A stretch of DNA of 64,000 nucleotides from Octopus vulgaris (GCA_951406725.2 OX597816.1:26412001-26476000); one strand, 5' to 3'; shown: positions 13,700 through 28,837, counted from the stretch's first letter. Notes: a model not told the origin generated them from the letters alone. A program made the numbers and translations.

Positions 13700-15110
13700 G
13701 ATCCGTTGCCAAATGTGGTAATTATGAGATAAGAACTATCGACTCACCAGTCGCCATGTTGGCATATTACCAATATATACGAATAACGAATCTTTAATCC
13801 GAGAATAACACTAATTAACCTAATAATCTCTCGGTATATTACACTAATAGCTTAGTGATCAATTAATTAGTTGATCTATTAATCCTCATTATACCAGAAG
13901 CTAATTACGTGACTCATGAGTAAAAAGTACTTGGATTAAAACACACTATAATTATGTGACTAACTTAATCCTCAATAATTATTTAATCCTTAAGTTATTT
14001 GTGATTATTATTTAATCCCACCTTAATTACACGTGCTTGATTCTCAATTGGTTAATTGGAAAAATAGAAATTTGTCGTCACCTTCTACACAGCTGCCTCT
14101 ACCGCCATCACTACGAATGTTTTTGTTTTTTTTTTTTGTTGATTTTTTTTTCCTGAATAGAAAGGAACGTGAGTTCATAGTTTAGCGCGGCTTAAATTTC
14201 ACCAAAGACGAATTGGTTAAATTTAACAGAAGCAGTGAAGATAAGTAGATACAGCACAGAAAAACCTGATTGCAGTGATTGTGGTAAAAGAGGAATTCGT
14301 GAACAGGAATGTCTGTGAAAGTATAATAGGATCATGTGTTAATTATTAGCCAGCCTGCTTAAAAAAAGTATCTCATAGCTGCAGGCCCCGTTTGTTTTTA
14401 ATCTGTTCATAACATCGGCAGCGCTATTCCAGCTCGCTATTGCTATTTACTGAAAATAATTAACAGTTTTCACTAGTCGACCTAAGATTCAGATTACGGC
14501 TAATTGCCTTGAATAATTAGGCAATGACATAATTCTACCATATAATTAGCTGAAATAATTTATCTGGTTATGTTATCTTATCGGATATTTACCCTAACTA
14601 ATTAATAGATTATAGACTATTCGATCTAATTACTGCGCGTATGATTCAAATTACATGCTTCCACGGGTAATTTAGAAGTGGCAGTTAACTTATAGCGTAA
14701 TTCTGTTTATTATTAATTAACCCAGCGTGATTATAATCTGGATTATCTTGCCTGCCGAGATAACTAATTATCCGACCTAATCTACCCGATCAGGTTGAAT
14801 AATTTTTTATAACTACAATTGGTTTTTGTAGAAAATTTGACCACTATTTCATGTAGGTCAACAGACTGTGTAGGCATATCTTCAATGGTTTGGTGATCCA
14901 TTGCGAAAGGTACGAGTCATGTGATTAAAACTATCAACACATCGTTCGTTATATTAGCACATTATCAAATTGATCAATAATGACACTTTGGTCCTAGAAT
15001 AACAGTAATTAGCTTAATAACCTATAGGTATATGACACTGATAACTTAGAGATTTGTTAATTACACTATCTATTAATCCTCATTATACTGGAAACTAATT
15101 AAACAGAGGA
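13700..15110. promoter_or_regulatory. Candidate enhancer: dense homeodomain-site cluster
   Basis: Free of microsatellites and SINEs; at least 8 TAATCC/GGATTA hexamers (6 within 13795-14018) and many TAATTA motifs; contains a diverged ~210-bp duplication. Confidence 0.45.
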
Positions 15111-15136
15111 ATGCATAAAACTATATAGAAAATATA

Positions 15137-15652
15137 GTGGAAGCGCGTGGCTTAGTGGTTAGGGTGTCAGCATCATGATCGCAAGATTGTGGTTTCGATT
15201 CCTGGACCGGGCGACGCGTTGTGTTCTTGAGCAAAACACTTCATTTCACGTTGCTCCAGTCCACTCAGCAGGCAAAAATGAGTAACGCTGCGATGGACTG
15301 GCGCCCCGTCCGGTTTGGGAACACATACGCCATTGAAACCGGGAAACCGGGCCCATGAGCCTGGCTAGGCTTTAAAAGGGCGCATTTATTTGAGTGGAGA
15401 TGCTTGGCTTAGAGGTTAGGGTGTCAGCATCATGATCGCAAGATTGTGGTTTCGATTCCTGGACCGGGCGACGCGTTGTGTTCTTGAGCAAAACACTTCA
15501 TTGCGCGTTGCTCCAGTTCACTTAGCTGGCAAAAATGAGTAACGCTGCGATGGACTGGCGCCCCGTCCGGTTTGGGAACACATACGCCATTGAAACCGGG
15601 AAACCGGGCCCATGAGCCTGGCTAGGCTTTAAAAAGGGCGCATTTATTTATT
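15137..15652 (+). mobile_element. Tandem dimer of a tRNA-derived SINE (~255-bp unit)
   Basis: Two near-identical units starting GTGGA..GC.TGGCTTAG.GGTTAGGG with B-box GTTTCGATTCC and ending AAAAGGGCGCATT. Confidence 0.85.
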
Positions 15653-16228
15653 ATATATAGAAAATTTAGACTAGCTCTACAAAAGGAGTGTATATCTAAT
15701 CTTATTTTAACTTTAGGAAGAATAAACCAATCTAGCAACCGAAGCATCACGATTTCAACCGAGCTTAGTCTCGTTTTTATAGGAAATACAAATCGTTTCT
15801 TCCATTCAAATGGACTCGTACAATCGGAATGATTCACGTTTGTTCAATCAGAATGTTCATATTTAAAAATTTGTATGTATATGTATGTATGTGAAAACGC
15901 ATGGCTCAGTGGTTAGAGAGTCGATCTTACGACCGTGAGGTTGTGAGTTCGAATCCCAGACCGGGCTGCGTGTTGTGTTCTTGAGCAAGACACTTTATTT
16001 CCAGTTCACTCAGCTGTGGAACTGAGTTGCGACATCACTGGTGCCAAGCTGTATCGGCCTTTGCATTTCGCTTGGATAACAGTGGAGGGGGAGGCCGGCA
16101 TGCATGGGAGACTGCTGGTCTTCCATAAACAATCTTGCCCGGTGCAATCCCACAGTCAGTCATGACCGAATGGGGTCTCCCACTCCGATGTGTATATATA
16201 TATAAGCCTGCATATATCATATACACAG

Positions 16229-16259
<31 letters not shown>

Positions 16260-16352
16260 GAGGCACATGGAAGCAGTGTTGTGAGGAAACAAATATTTAG
16301 ATCAGTTCAAATATGTTTGATACATATCTGACCTGTACAAAGACTGTATTCG

Positions 16353-16390
<38 letters not shown>

Positions 16391-17476
16391 ATATTAATGT
16401 TTCTTCTTATGTCAAGCTATATATAAAAATCAATTTAACATGAAACTGGAGGATACCTTTAAGTTGAGAATATATTTAACAACTTTTACATTCTGACGAA
16501 GATAACGAAGATGAGCAAGCCGAAACTCGAAACCACTGTCAGTCTTTTCCTTTAAAAATTAATATATTTATATAGTACGTCTGTATGATATGATATGATA
16601 TGATATATGATATATGATATGATAGGATATATGATATAATATTGCTAAATATGATGGGTACTGAAACATAAGATTAAAATCTGGTAGCGTAGATTTTGGA
16701 AATTTGTGAGCTACGAAAGCATGCATTGCTATAATGAATTAACGCAATATATAAAATTTCTTTCTTCCTTGTTCAGGAGGTGCAAACCTGGGTTCAATTT
16801 TTTTTACAAACAAGGTCGATTTTTTTTCTGTCTTAATATTAAAACATACGCAGGTATAATAATCCTTTCTATAAAAGGCACAATGTCTGTAATTTAAGGG
16901 GAGGGGACTAGTCGATTAAATCGACCGAAGTGTTTTCCTGGTACTGAGTTTATCGACCCCGAAAGGATGAAAGGCAAAGTCGGCCTCGGCGGAATTGGAA
17001 CTCAGAACATAGCGACGGGCGAAATACCTATTTCTTTACTACCCACAAGGGGCTAAACACAGAGGGGACAAACAAGGACAGACAAACAGATTAAGTCGAT
17101 TATATCGACCCCAGTGCGTAACTGGTACTTAATTTAGCGACTCCCGAAAGGATGAAAGACAAAGTCGACCTCGGTGGAATTTGAACTCAGAACGTAATAG
17201 CAGACGAAATACGGCTAAGTATTTCGCCCGGCGTGCTAATGTTTCTGCCAGCTCAGCTTTTAACACAGGAATAATAACGATAATTTTTATGACATTTGTA
17301 CGTTAATCAAATCAGAAAAATCCAATAATGGGGAAGTAATGTTTCATATCAGGCCAAAAATGTTTCTTCGCACGTTCGTTTTGGCAATGAAGTTGCTCAG
17401 GAGGATGTTCAACGCATTTCCATCGCTCCACAAAAATTCTAAGGCGTGCGGTTGCGCTCCCTGATTCCGAACCTGT

Positions 17477-17624
<148 letters not shown>

Positions 17625-17626
17625 CC

Positions 17627-17763
<137 letters not shown>

Positions 17764-17957
17764 GTGGTACGTCGAGTGAAATTTGAAATTGTAAGTTGTG
17801 CCCGATGATACTCAAAATTTGTAATATGAGCTGGATATTACTATGCAGTTCACCTTCAAAGCTTTGACATAAAACAGTTTCCATCCTCCATTATTCGTAT
17901 ATGCAATATGGTTAGATGTTGAGTTTTCTCTTACTTCGTATTGGTAAAGACTACTAT

Positions 17958-17998
<41 letters not shown>

Positions 17999-18577
17999 TG
18001 CATGCACGTACATATACACTTACACATACATTCTCGCACACATGCGCACGCACACACATATTCAGCAATTCTCACTGAAGTTTTTGACTACAGATATTCG
18101 TATAGAAAAATTTAAACCAACGTAAGGCCACACACACGCAGTTTAACGTGTCACACGTGCTCTGAGAGCAACAGCTGTGTTTTCTTTTGTAGAACATTGA
18201 ATACAAAATTAAAATTTTATTTTTTTGAATAGGTCTGTTCTTTTTCATAAAGACAAAAAAATAATATGGTGATTTAAGTGCAGTTTTTAAAGTACTGTCG
18301 TTGATATAATCGGCTTAAAACTTTGAAAACGGGGTCCAAACTTAGCCGTAGTTTACTAAGTGAAACCCCCATCAGCCCACAAAAATAGGATTAATAGGTG
18401 CAGGCGTGGCTGTGGGGTAAGAAATTTGCTTCCCAACCTCATGGTTTCGAGTTCAGTTCCACTGCATGACACTTTGGGCAAGTGTCTTCTGCTATATTCT
18501 TGGGCCGATTAAAGCTTTGTGAGTGGATCTAGTAGAAGGAAACTGAAAGAAGCCCGTTATATATATATATATATATA

Positions 18578-18958
18578 AATTCAGGGTGAATACTTGATAG
18601 TTGTAAGCACCTGTATATACCATTTAGTGGTGTAGGTGATAGAGTATATTAATCAAAATAAAAACATGATTCAAAGGATTTAGCGGTACATATGTTTCGG
18701 GCCTTTATTAGACGGTAGAATCTACATCGAGTGAAAAGCGGGATGGACGCTTCGATTTCGTGTTGGTGCCCCACTCTGTCGTATGCGACTATGAGGATTT
18801 GCATCCCCAACGTAAAACTTATAATGTAATATATGTCCTTGAAGTAGTAATTGTACGCGGCTGAGGAAGGCCATAGACACAATTATGCATTGTTATAAAA
18901 CCGTCTAATAAAGGCCCGAAACATATGTACCGCTAAATCATTTGAATCGTGTTTTTAT
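18578..18958. mobile_element. Penelope-like terminal-repeat fragment with partial inverted duplication between (TA)n tracts
   Basis: 18660-18716 is the reverse complement of 18900-18956 with 2 mismatches; carries the hammerhead at 18857-18933; (TA)n on both sides. Confidence 0.7.
18857..18933 (+). ncRNA. Type I hammerhead ribozyme motif (Penelope-like terminal repeat)
   Basis: GCGG-CTGAGGA-AGGCCATAGAC...GTCTAATAAAGGCCC-GAAAC-ATAT-GTA-CCGC: stem I GCGG/CCGC, intact CUGANGA and GAAA core, long stem II, palindromic stem III ACATATGT, GUA triplet with predicted cut after 18929. Confidence 0.8.
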
Positions 18959-20279
18959 ATATATATATATAAATATTTTTTTTTATCGAAATGATTCTTT
19001 AGCTAAAACATAGGTGCTATCAAAATAAAACCAAAGAGCATATGTCATACTCAGAGACACAATGAACTACTACTACTGGTAGCAATAGTAGTGGTAATTA
19101 TTGGTATAGCTATTATTGTTGGTGCTTCTTCTTCTTCTTCTTCTTCTTCTTCTTCTTCTTCTTCTTCTTCTTCATCATCATCTTCCGATCAGGTCTCACG
19201 TCATTAGCCACAAAGTTTAATCTCTAATTCGAGCCTACTCTAAGCTACTAAGAATGCGTGTAGCATTCTTGAAGATCCACCCACCACACACGATAGACTG
19301 GCGGTTGCACGGGCGCGAAAGCTACGTTTGTTATCCTCATTCCAACAAAATAAAAGCCAGGCTATAAAGAATAAGCACTAAGGTCGATTTGTTCGATTGA
19401 GCCTTTCAAGGCATTGTCCAGCATGGCTACAGTCTAATGACTGAAAGAGATAGAAAAAAAAGTGCATTATTCAACATGTCCTTCAAAAAAAAAACGGTAT
19501 AATGTGACATGCAGGTGGGGGGTGACTACTATTTCTAGCAAATCGAATGACTCTGAAGAGACTCTTTCTGGATCTACCTTTGGACACCGCCATATAAGCA
19601 TCTTTCCTTTCTATCTTTTTTCTTTTTTTTTTTTTTGTTTGTTTTTTGTTTCATGTTGGCGAGGTGGAAAACGAAAATTGATTAATTACTTCTCGAAAGT
19701 TTGACTAAACTGAAGTAATTAACAAAGTATTTTATATGAATCGAATTTAAAATTTTATAACCCCATAATTAGACAAATCGAATTTGAATTTTACCACCAT
19801 CAAGCTGACAGACAGCCCAACACATAACATTACACACTCGGCCTGTATATATACTTATCCGCCATTTGTAAATAAACTGTTTCGTATTAAGCTTGACATT
19901 TTGTTCATTTATCTTTTCGGTTGTCTCTGTGTGTGTTGTTGTTATTGCTGTTCTGTTTTTGTTTTGTTCGTTGTTGTCGTTGTTGTTGTTGTTCTAATTG
20001 CTCTCTTACAGATAAACCATTTCAGACTGGTCGTTTTCAATGGTTTAATTATATATATAATCATCAATTATGTCTACTTCTTTCTTGACACCTTTATCGC
20101 CATGTGTCGTCCAGGCTTGTTACGTTGCTATCGGCTCTTCAACAGAATAGAGTTTAGTATTTCCGCGCCAATTCTACCATACTGTTTACTCTGCTGCGAT
20201 TCTATGACGTTAGTCATATGTTGATATTGTAATTATGACATGCTAATATTTCTTCTTCTTCTTCTACTTCTTCTTCTTC

Positions 20280-20340
<61 letters not shown>

Positions 20341-20496
20341 CCTTGTAAAGGCGGCGAACTTGCAGAATCGTTAGCATGGCGGGCACAATGCTTAGCGGCA
20401 TTTAGTTAGTCTTTACGTTCTGAGTTCAAATTCGACTTTGCCCTTCATCCTATTGTTTAGTGTTACTGGACGCTCGGGAAAGGAAAGAAAGAAGGA

Positions 20497-20535
20497 AGAT
20501 TCAACGTTTCGAGCGGAGCCCTTCGTCAGAAACAT
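20497..20535 (-). ncRNA. Minimal hammerhead motif; related copies at about 23762-23797, 29138-29175 and 40868-40900 (+)
   Basis: Minus strand TTT-CTGACGA-AGGGC-TCC-GCTC-GAAAC-GTT-GAA with AACGTT palindromic stem III. Sister copies share GAGC-N4-GCTC-GAA, a pyrimidine-rich leader and, in some, a downstream TTCCCGAGCGT. Confidence 0.6.
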
Positions 20536-20766
20536 AGAAAAAGGAAAGGTCCAAGGGAGGGACGACGGAGAAAGAAAATCGCCAACTATTCACACGCGGT
20601 CATATATATCTCTTTTACTCTTTTACTCTTTTACTTGTTTCAGTCATTTGACTGCGGCCATGCTGGAGCACCGCCTTTAATCGAGCAACTCGACCCCGGG
20701 ACTTATTCTTTTGTAAGCCCAATACTTATTCTATTGGTCTCTTTTGCCGAACCGCTAAGTAACCGC

Positions 20767-20815
<49 letters not shown>

Positions 20816-21249
20816 TTGCATGCACAAAGCATGATATATAAATCTGCCGAGTTCTTGTGTTTCCACAGCATGAAACTAATAGTTGTCCGTACTTCTGTGT
20901 GTATGTTTATAAATACACACATAGATAGAGGAGGGACTGAGAGAGAGAGGAAAGAGAGGTGAGAGAGAACAGTGATTATTTATGTGTGTGTGTGAGAGAG
21001 AGAAAGAGAGAGTGTATATATGTGAGTGTTGATTAAAATGGTGTAGGTATGTAGTGGTTGTGCTGGGAGTGATCGTGTGTGTACGTGCTGTTCTCCATTT
21101 GTGTGTAGAGAATGACAGGGACATATTTTTCCCCCTTGTTTAAATAAAAATCCTGCTGTAAAAGCTCTCCAGTATTAGGATAATTGGTATGAAGTTAAAA
21201 GTACAGGAGACCATCGGGACAAGAGTAAATACGAGATTAGATAACGTCA

Positions 21250-22295
<1,046 letters not shown>

Positions 22296-23543
22296 AAAAG
22301 CAAAGAGGACGAAGACGAGTCATAAATCCTAAAATGATAAAAGAAACAACACCATCTGTAACAATCTGTGCAAGAGCAATAAAATCAGTTGTAGCTACAA
22401 CAACAGCAACAGCAACATCAGTGGAGGCACAGTGGCCCAGTGGTTAGGGCAGCGGACTCGCGGTCGTAAGAACGCCGTTTCGATTCCCAGACTGGGCAAT
22501 GTGAGTGTTTATTGAGCAAAAATATCTAAGCTCCACGAGACTCCTCAGGGGGTAGTGGTGAACCCCGCTGTACTCTTTCACATTAAGTTTCTCTCACTCT
22601 TTCTTCCTACTTCTGCCACAAAGCAGAGGAACCTATTTCTTCATTACCCACAAGGGGCTAAACACAGAGGGGACAAATAAAGACAGACATAGGTATTAAG
22701 TCGATTACATCGACCCCAGTGCGTAACTGGTACTTAATTTATCGACCCCGAAAGGATGAAAGGCAAAGTCAACCTCGGCGGAGGAACCATGGTGTAACCC
22801 ACTATGGTGTGGTAAACTTTCAGACTTTAGACTAAATTGCGAATCCTCTGTACCCAAGGATGGTTCAGCTCACCACCCGCTAAAAGCCACCGTTTACGGA
22901 ATGAGGATGATTTTCGGGGAGCTTTTTCGATCCACAACAAAATAAAGCCGCTACAAATTTACAGCACAACGTTGGATTTTTAAAAGTTTTTGATAAGTAA
23001 ATATAAATGGGTTTTAAAAGTTGCTTTCAATTAATTATTAACACAGTGCAGTCAGATATAAGAAAGATAGATTGCTGTTTCTTGCAGGTATGGGTGTGTG
23101 GTCAATATTTCGAGTTGTTAAGTCACATTGCGTGAGATATTGAGCAACTGCCTTCTAGTAAAAGTCACGTGTTGATCAATATATTGTGATTGGAATCGAT
23201 TGACAAGAATCTGCGTTATTTATAAGCTGAAAGCAGCAAGCACAAGAGGTTCCCTCGATGGCTCGCACGATTCTTTTCCTATTTTCTTTTTTTTTTTTAA
23301 TGCTTGTTTCAGTCTTTTCATTGCGGCCATGCTAGGGCAATGCCTTGAAGGATTTAGTCGAACAAATCGCACCCCACCACCCGTACTTATATATATTTTT
23401 TTGAAAATCTGTTACTTATTCTATCGGTATCTTTGCCGAACTGCTAAGTAATGGGGCGTAAACAAACCAACACTGGTTGTCAGGCGACGGTGGGTGAACA
23501 AAGACACACACACGTACACATACCACACACATGTATGTGTGTG

Positions 23544-23584
<41 letters not shown>

Positions 23585-23944
23585 CACAGACACCTACTTC
23601 CTGCTACATATGTATATATACACCCACCCCTACTACACACATACGCACACACATACATACATACATACATACGTACATACATACATACACTCACACACAC
23701 ATTATCTATATATAGATCGCTAGCTATTCTTTATTTTCTCTCCTTGTTTCTTTCTGTGTTCCTTTTTGTGGAAGAGCGTAGGCTCGAAACGTTAAAGACT
23801 GTTTCCCTTCCCGAGCGTGACTACACGCTCTGTTTGTTATCTACACCACCTGTCTTCGTCTTTTAGGGGTTAGCCATATTCAAATGGCAAATATACGTCA
23901 CGATATGTTGCTGCTACTGTTTATAACTCGCTCTGAAATTTATC

Positions 23945-23981
<37 letters not shown>

Positions 23982-24534
23982 ACACATATATATATATATA
24001 CTATACACACACTCACACATACTCACGACGAGCTTCCACACAGTTTCCGTCTACCAAATTCACTCGAAAGCTCGTAAGGCATTGGTTGGCCCGGGGCGAT
24101 AGTAGAAAACACTTACCTAAGCGGCCGTGCAGTGAGGCTAAACCCGAAACCACGATGGCTGCAAAGAGAGTCTCTTAACCACACGCCTATGCCTGTCTAT
24201 GTGAATATAAAAAGAAGAAGAAAACAAATTGCTGACCTCATGCTGCACTAGTGAGGTCTAGCTGAGGGGATATGATTACTCCAAAAAGATTATGTTTAAC
24301 GGAGAGAATGTGTAACAAACAATACCTTGGTTAAGAGGAAGGTTTTGTAAATGTTAAGAGGTGAGCAGGTTGTAGCTTGTCAAAGAAGACGTTGACTGAG
24401 TTGTTGGGTTGTTTGCCTCAAGATTTGTGTCTACATGGTGTTGTGTAATGTAGCTGTGTGTGTGTGTGTAACAGAGACAGAGACGGGGGTAACAGTGAGA
24501 GAGGAGGGGAGAGAGGGAGAGGCAAAGAGAAAGA

Positions 24535-24751
24535 GAGAGAGAGAGTGTGTGTGTGTGTGTGTATGGGTGCTTATGTGTTTTTGTTTGAGTGTGCTTTATC
24601 ATATGTGTGTGTGCGTTTAAGTAGATGTTTCTATATTTGTGTGTGTGTGTATGGATGCAGGAGAGAGAGAGAGAGCAAATGCATGTGTCTATATCCGTGT
24701 GTTTCCATATGTGTGTGTGCGTGTATGTGTGTGTACGAGCGAGAGAGAGAG

Positions 24752-24795
<44 letters not shown>

Positions 24796-24961
24796 TGTGT
24801 GTATGGGTGTTTATATGTTTTTGTTTGAGTGTGTTTTATTATATGTTTGTGTGTGTGCGAATGTGTGTGTGTGTGCGTTTAAGTAGATGTATCTATATTT
24901 GTGTGTGTGTATGTGTGGATGCAAGAGAGAGAGAGAGAGAGAGCAAGTGCATGTGTCTTTA

Positions 24962-25009
<48 letters not shown>

Positions 25010-25320
25010 TGTGTATGTGCGAGTGTAAGATTTTATGTGTGTGTGAGAGAGAGAGAAAGCTAGTGTGAGAGAGTGTGTATGTGTGTGTACAAGTGTTTAT
25101 GAGTTTCTATATTTGTGTGTGCATGCATGTGTGTGTGAGAGACAGAGAGAGTCAGAAAGAGAGAGAGAGTTATAAAGAGAAAGAGAGTCAGAAAGAGAGA
25201 GAGAGTCAGAAAGAGAGAGGGAGAGAGTCAGAAAGAGAGAGGGAGAGAGTCAGAAAGAGAGAGGGAGTTAGAAAGAGAGAGAGAGAGTCAGAAAAAGAGA
25301 GTCAAAAAGAGAGAGAGAGT
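24535..25320. repeat. ~240-bp tandem duplication of microsatellite-rich DNA followed by an ~18-bp GAGAGAGTCAGAAAGA minisatellite
   Basis: GCGTTTAAGTAGATGT.TCTATATTTG at about 24613 and 24875; repeated AGTCAGAAAGAGAG units at 25148-25320. Confidence 0.8.
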
Positions 25321-25404
25321 AAGCATGCGTGCTCGTGTATTTAGGCATAGAAGATAAATGCTTATGCATCTACATGTTTTTTGTCTGCATGTTTGCGTTC
25401 ATGT

Positions 25405-25448
<44 letters not shown>

Positions 25449-25848
25449 CTATGTGCGTGTGTATGTGTGTCTGTGCTTGTTTCTGTGTGGCGAGATATGC
25501 AGAGTTTAAGGTAGAGTGACTGGCAGGGGCTCGACGTTTCGGATATTTTTTTCAGTTTCAAATTTCGAGTATTTGTGATATGCATGATCAGGTTGTGTGT
25601 ATGCGTTTGTTTTTCTGTATATATGTTTGTTTTTATGTGTACGTGTGTGTGTGTGTGTGCATGTGTTTGTGTGTGTGCGTGCGTGTGTGTGTGTGTGTGT
25701 GTGTTTGTGTGTGTAATTATTGAGTGCTTTTTAAAATGCCGGTGACATGTTACGGGTTGGTTAGTCGTGTCTTCGATGATATGCTGCAGTATGAGATATA
25801 CGGTATGTTGTGTGGATGGGTAGATAGATATATAGATAGATAGATAGG

Positions 25849-25916
<68 letters not shown>

Positions 25917-27204
25917 TAGACAGACATTGTATGTGCAAAATAACCTTCCGTTTATTAGATGGTGTAGTCACGGTGATGAGCCTTTTTCATCTTGGCGTGT
26001 CGAAATTCGAAATTCTTTATATAAAAGATCTTGTTATCAATGTTACATAATACATATATATATATATATATATACACACATACATACACATGGTATAGCA
26101 TGGCCGTATGATCAAGCAGTTCACTTCACAGTCACGTGGTAGGTCCCAGGTCGCGGCATCTATGATTAGACGGAAACCGTCCAGAGGTTTATTAGATGGA
26201 TTAAGGTTTATTGAAAGGTTTAGAGTTTTCACACTGTGTCACCCTGATGCTACGTAAGAAATATACTGAGGATTAAACCAACCTGAAATTTGACTCCTGT
26301 TTCTAGCTGATCAACGATCACTCGTTGGCTTAGATGTGAGTGTAATGAGTATGATGTTTATCAGATCGAATCCCTTGCAGTAATTGTTCCCACTCTCCGC
26401 ATCCTGAGTTCAAATCAGCCGAGATTGACCTTGCCCTTTCACCTTTCGGAGAGGAGAATTAATGTACCAGGCCGATGCTATGATTGGTTCCTCTCTCTCA
26501 CTCTTTCTCTCTCTCTCACTCTGAAAACATTGAATACATAAATACAATCGTACACATACATAGAGTTAACGAACATAAGAACGTAACGAACAGAGAGACA
26601 TCGCTCAAATTTATAATAGGATATGGATTATAATGTGTCTCGTCTGTGGCTTGACGTGTGAGGCTTGAGTGCGGTGATTCCTTTGTTTAATAAATGGGAT
26701 AACCCTTCTTGCATCAGGTTCAAGGAGTGTAGGCTGCGGTTTACAAATTGATGTATCTTGTATTGTGCCGTTTGTGGTGAAAAGAATTGTTTTGTTTAGT
26801 TTGTGGTTAGTGGTTTTAAGGTGCACCCTCCATGGTATGTAATATTTCGTGTAAGATTTTAGGATGTGAGGTGTGTTACTGCATATTTGTGTGTGCGAGA
26901 GAGGGAGAGAGAGAGAGAGGGAGAAAGTGTGACTCTACGTGTATGTATGTGTACGATTGTATTTATGTATTCAATGTATATTCTCTTTTACTCTTTTACT
27001 CTTTTACTTGTTTCAGTCATTTGACTGTGGCCATGCTGGAGCACCGCCTTCAGTTGTGCAAATCGACCCCAGAACTTATTCTTTGTAAGCCTAGTACTTA
27101 TTCTATCGGTCTCTTTTGCCGAACCGCTAAGTTACGGAGACGTAAATACACCAGCATCGGTTGTCAAGTGATGTTGGGGGACAAACACAGACACACAAAT
27201 ATAT

Positions 27205-27267
<63 letters not shown>

Positions 27268-27407
27268 TACGACGGGCTTCTTTCAGTTTCCGTCTACCAA
27301 ATCCACTCTATAGTAGAAGACACATGCCCAAGGTGCCACGCAGTGGAACTGAACCCAGAACCATGTGGTTGGTAAGCAAGCTACTTACCACACACCCACT
27401 CCTGCTC

Positions 27408-27461
<54 letters not shown>

Positions 27462-27491
27462 TATACACACATACACGCATATGTATGTATA

Positions 27492-27559
<68 letters not shown>

Positions 27560-27575
27560 CACGCATATGTATGTA

Positions 27576-27630
<55 letters not shown>

Positions 27631-27631
<1 letters not shown>

Positions 27632-27826
27632 CGGTATGTGTCCATAAAGTATCTTTACAACTTCCATGATTGATTGTATCTGTTGGGTGAAACCAAATGA
27701 GCTCGCGTGAAAGTTTTCTGATATTTCTAAGAAAACATTATTTTCCCATTTATTCTGCTCTGGCAGTCATTGGATTTCATATTTTTCGGAATTTTTCAAA
27801 TCGGAAAGACAATTTACGGAACCCTG
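27631..27826. mobile_element. Tc1/mariner-type MITE (~200 bp) in (TA)n
   Basis: Imperfect TIRs TA-CGGTATGTGTCCATAAAGTATCTTT / AAAGACAATTTACGGAACCCTG-TA. Confidence 0.45.
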
Positions 27827-27852
27827 TATATATAATACACACATGAGTATGC

Positions 27853-27949
<97 letters not shown>

Positions 27950-27958
27950 CATACAAAC

Positions 27959-28017
<59 letters not shown>

Positions 28018-28464
28018 GTAAAGTGGAAACAGCATGGAAGTATGTTTTTCAGTAATTGGACAGGAAAAGTGCTTTTATATTTTATTACATTAAGTGACTT
28101 TAGTATCTGCACACACACACACACATACACACAAACACATACACTTTTATCTAACTATGTGTGCACACATTTTTACCATACATACACACCATACATACAC
28201 GCATCGCGCATGCGCTGTTCGTATACGTAAATTGCTGATCAAGGCAACAGCGGGAGTGTCATCTGTTTGCCGAACAAATGAGTGGGAAATAGTCGACTTT
28301 GCACAACATTCCAGGATTTCTGCAAGCTATGTACAATGTTGTTTTTTTAATAGCTAGCATATTGAAACTTAATTTCATCTGACACTGAGCAGAAGAAACT
28401 GCAACGCTGCTCGGTAACACACTCACACACATGTACTTTATGTGTTCTATATATACATTATGTG

Positions 28465-28502
<38 letters not shown>

Positions 28503-28576
28503 AATTAGAGATAAAACCACTATTATGCAACTCAAAAAGTATAAAAAATGAATAATCAATATATAATAAGTAAAAA

Positions 28577-28675
28577 AACTACGTCGTTTCATGGCTACAA
28601 TTAAATTCGAATTACAATTAAATTTAAATTTAATTGAAATAAATTCAATTTAAAATTATAGTCAATCTTCAAGTT
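28577..28675 (-). ncRNA. Degenerate hammerhead motif with long AT-rich stem II
   Basis: Minus strand AAC-TTGAAGA-TTGACTATAATT...AATTGTAGCCAT-GAAAC-GAC-GTA-GTT: stem I AAC/GTT, C3U change. It lies in a ~350 bp AT-rich insert bounded by (TA)n on both sides. Confidence 0.45.
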
Positions 28676-28837
28676 AATAATAATAGTTAAATAGATAAGC
28701 AAATAGAGTTAGACAATATTTATTTAAAAATAAATAAAATAGTAATTTTTCTTATAGAAAAAACTCCATTTGCTAAATTTGAAACTTAAAACATTAGGAT
28801 CAGTTTCCTACAACACATTTATTATGTTAAATATTTA

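Noticed and set aside
15137-15215. tRNA-like sequence
   Set aside because: SINE head continuing into a SINE body and repeated in tandem; not a standalone tRNA gene.
25525-25560. Hammerhead-like CTGAAAA...GAAACGTC on the minus strand
   Set aside because: Core G8 is missing and stems I and II do not pair.
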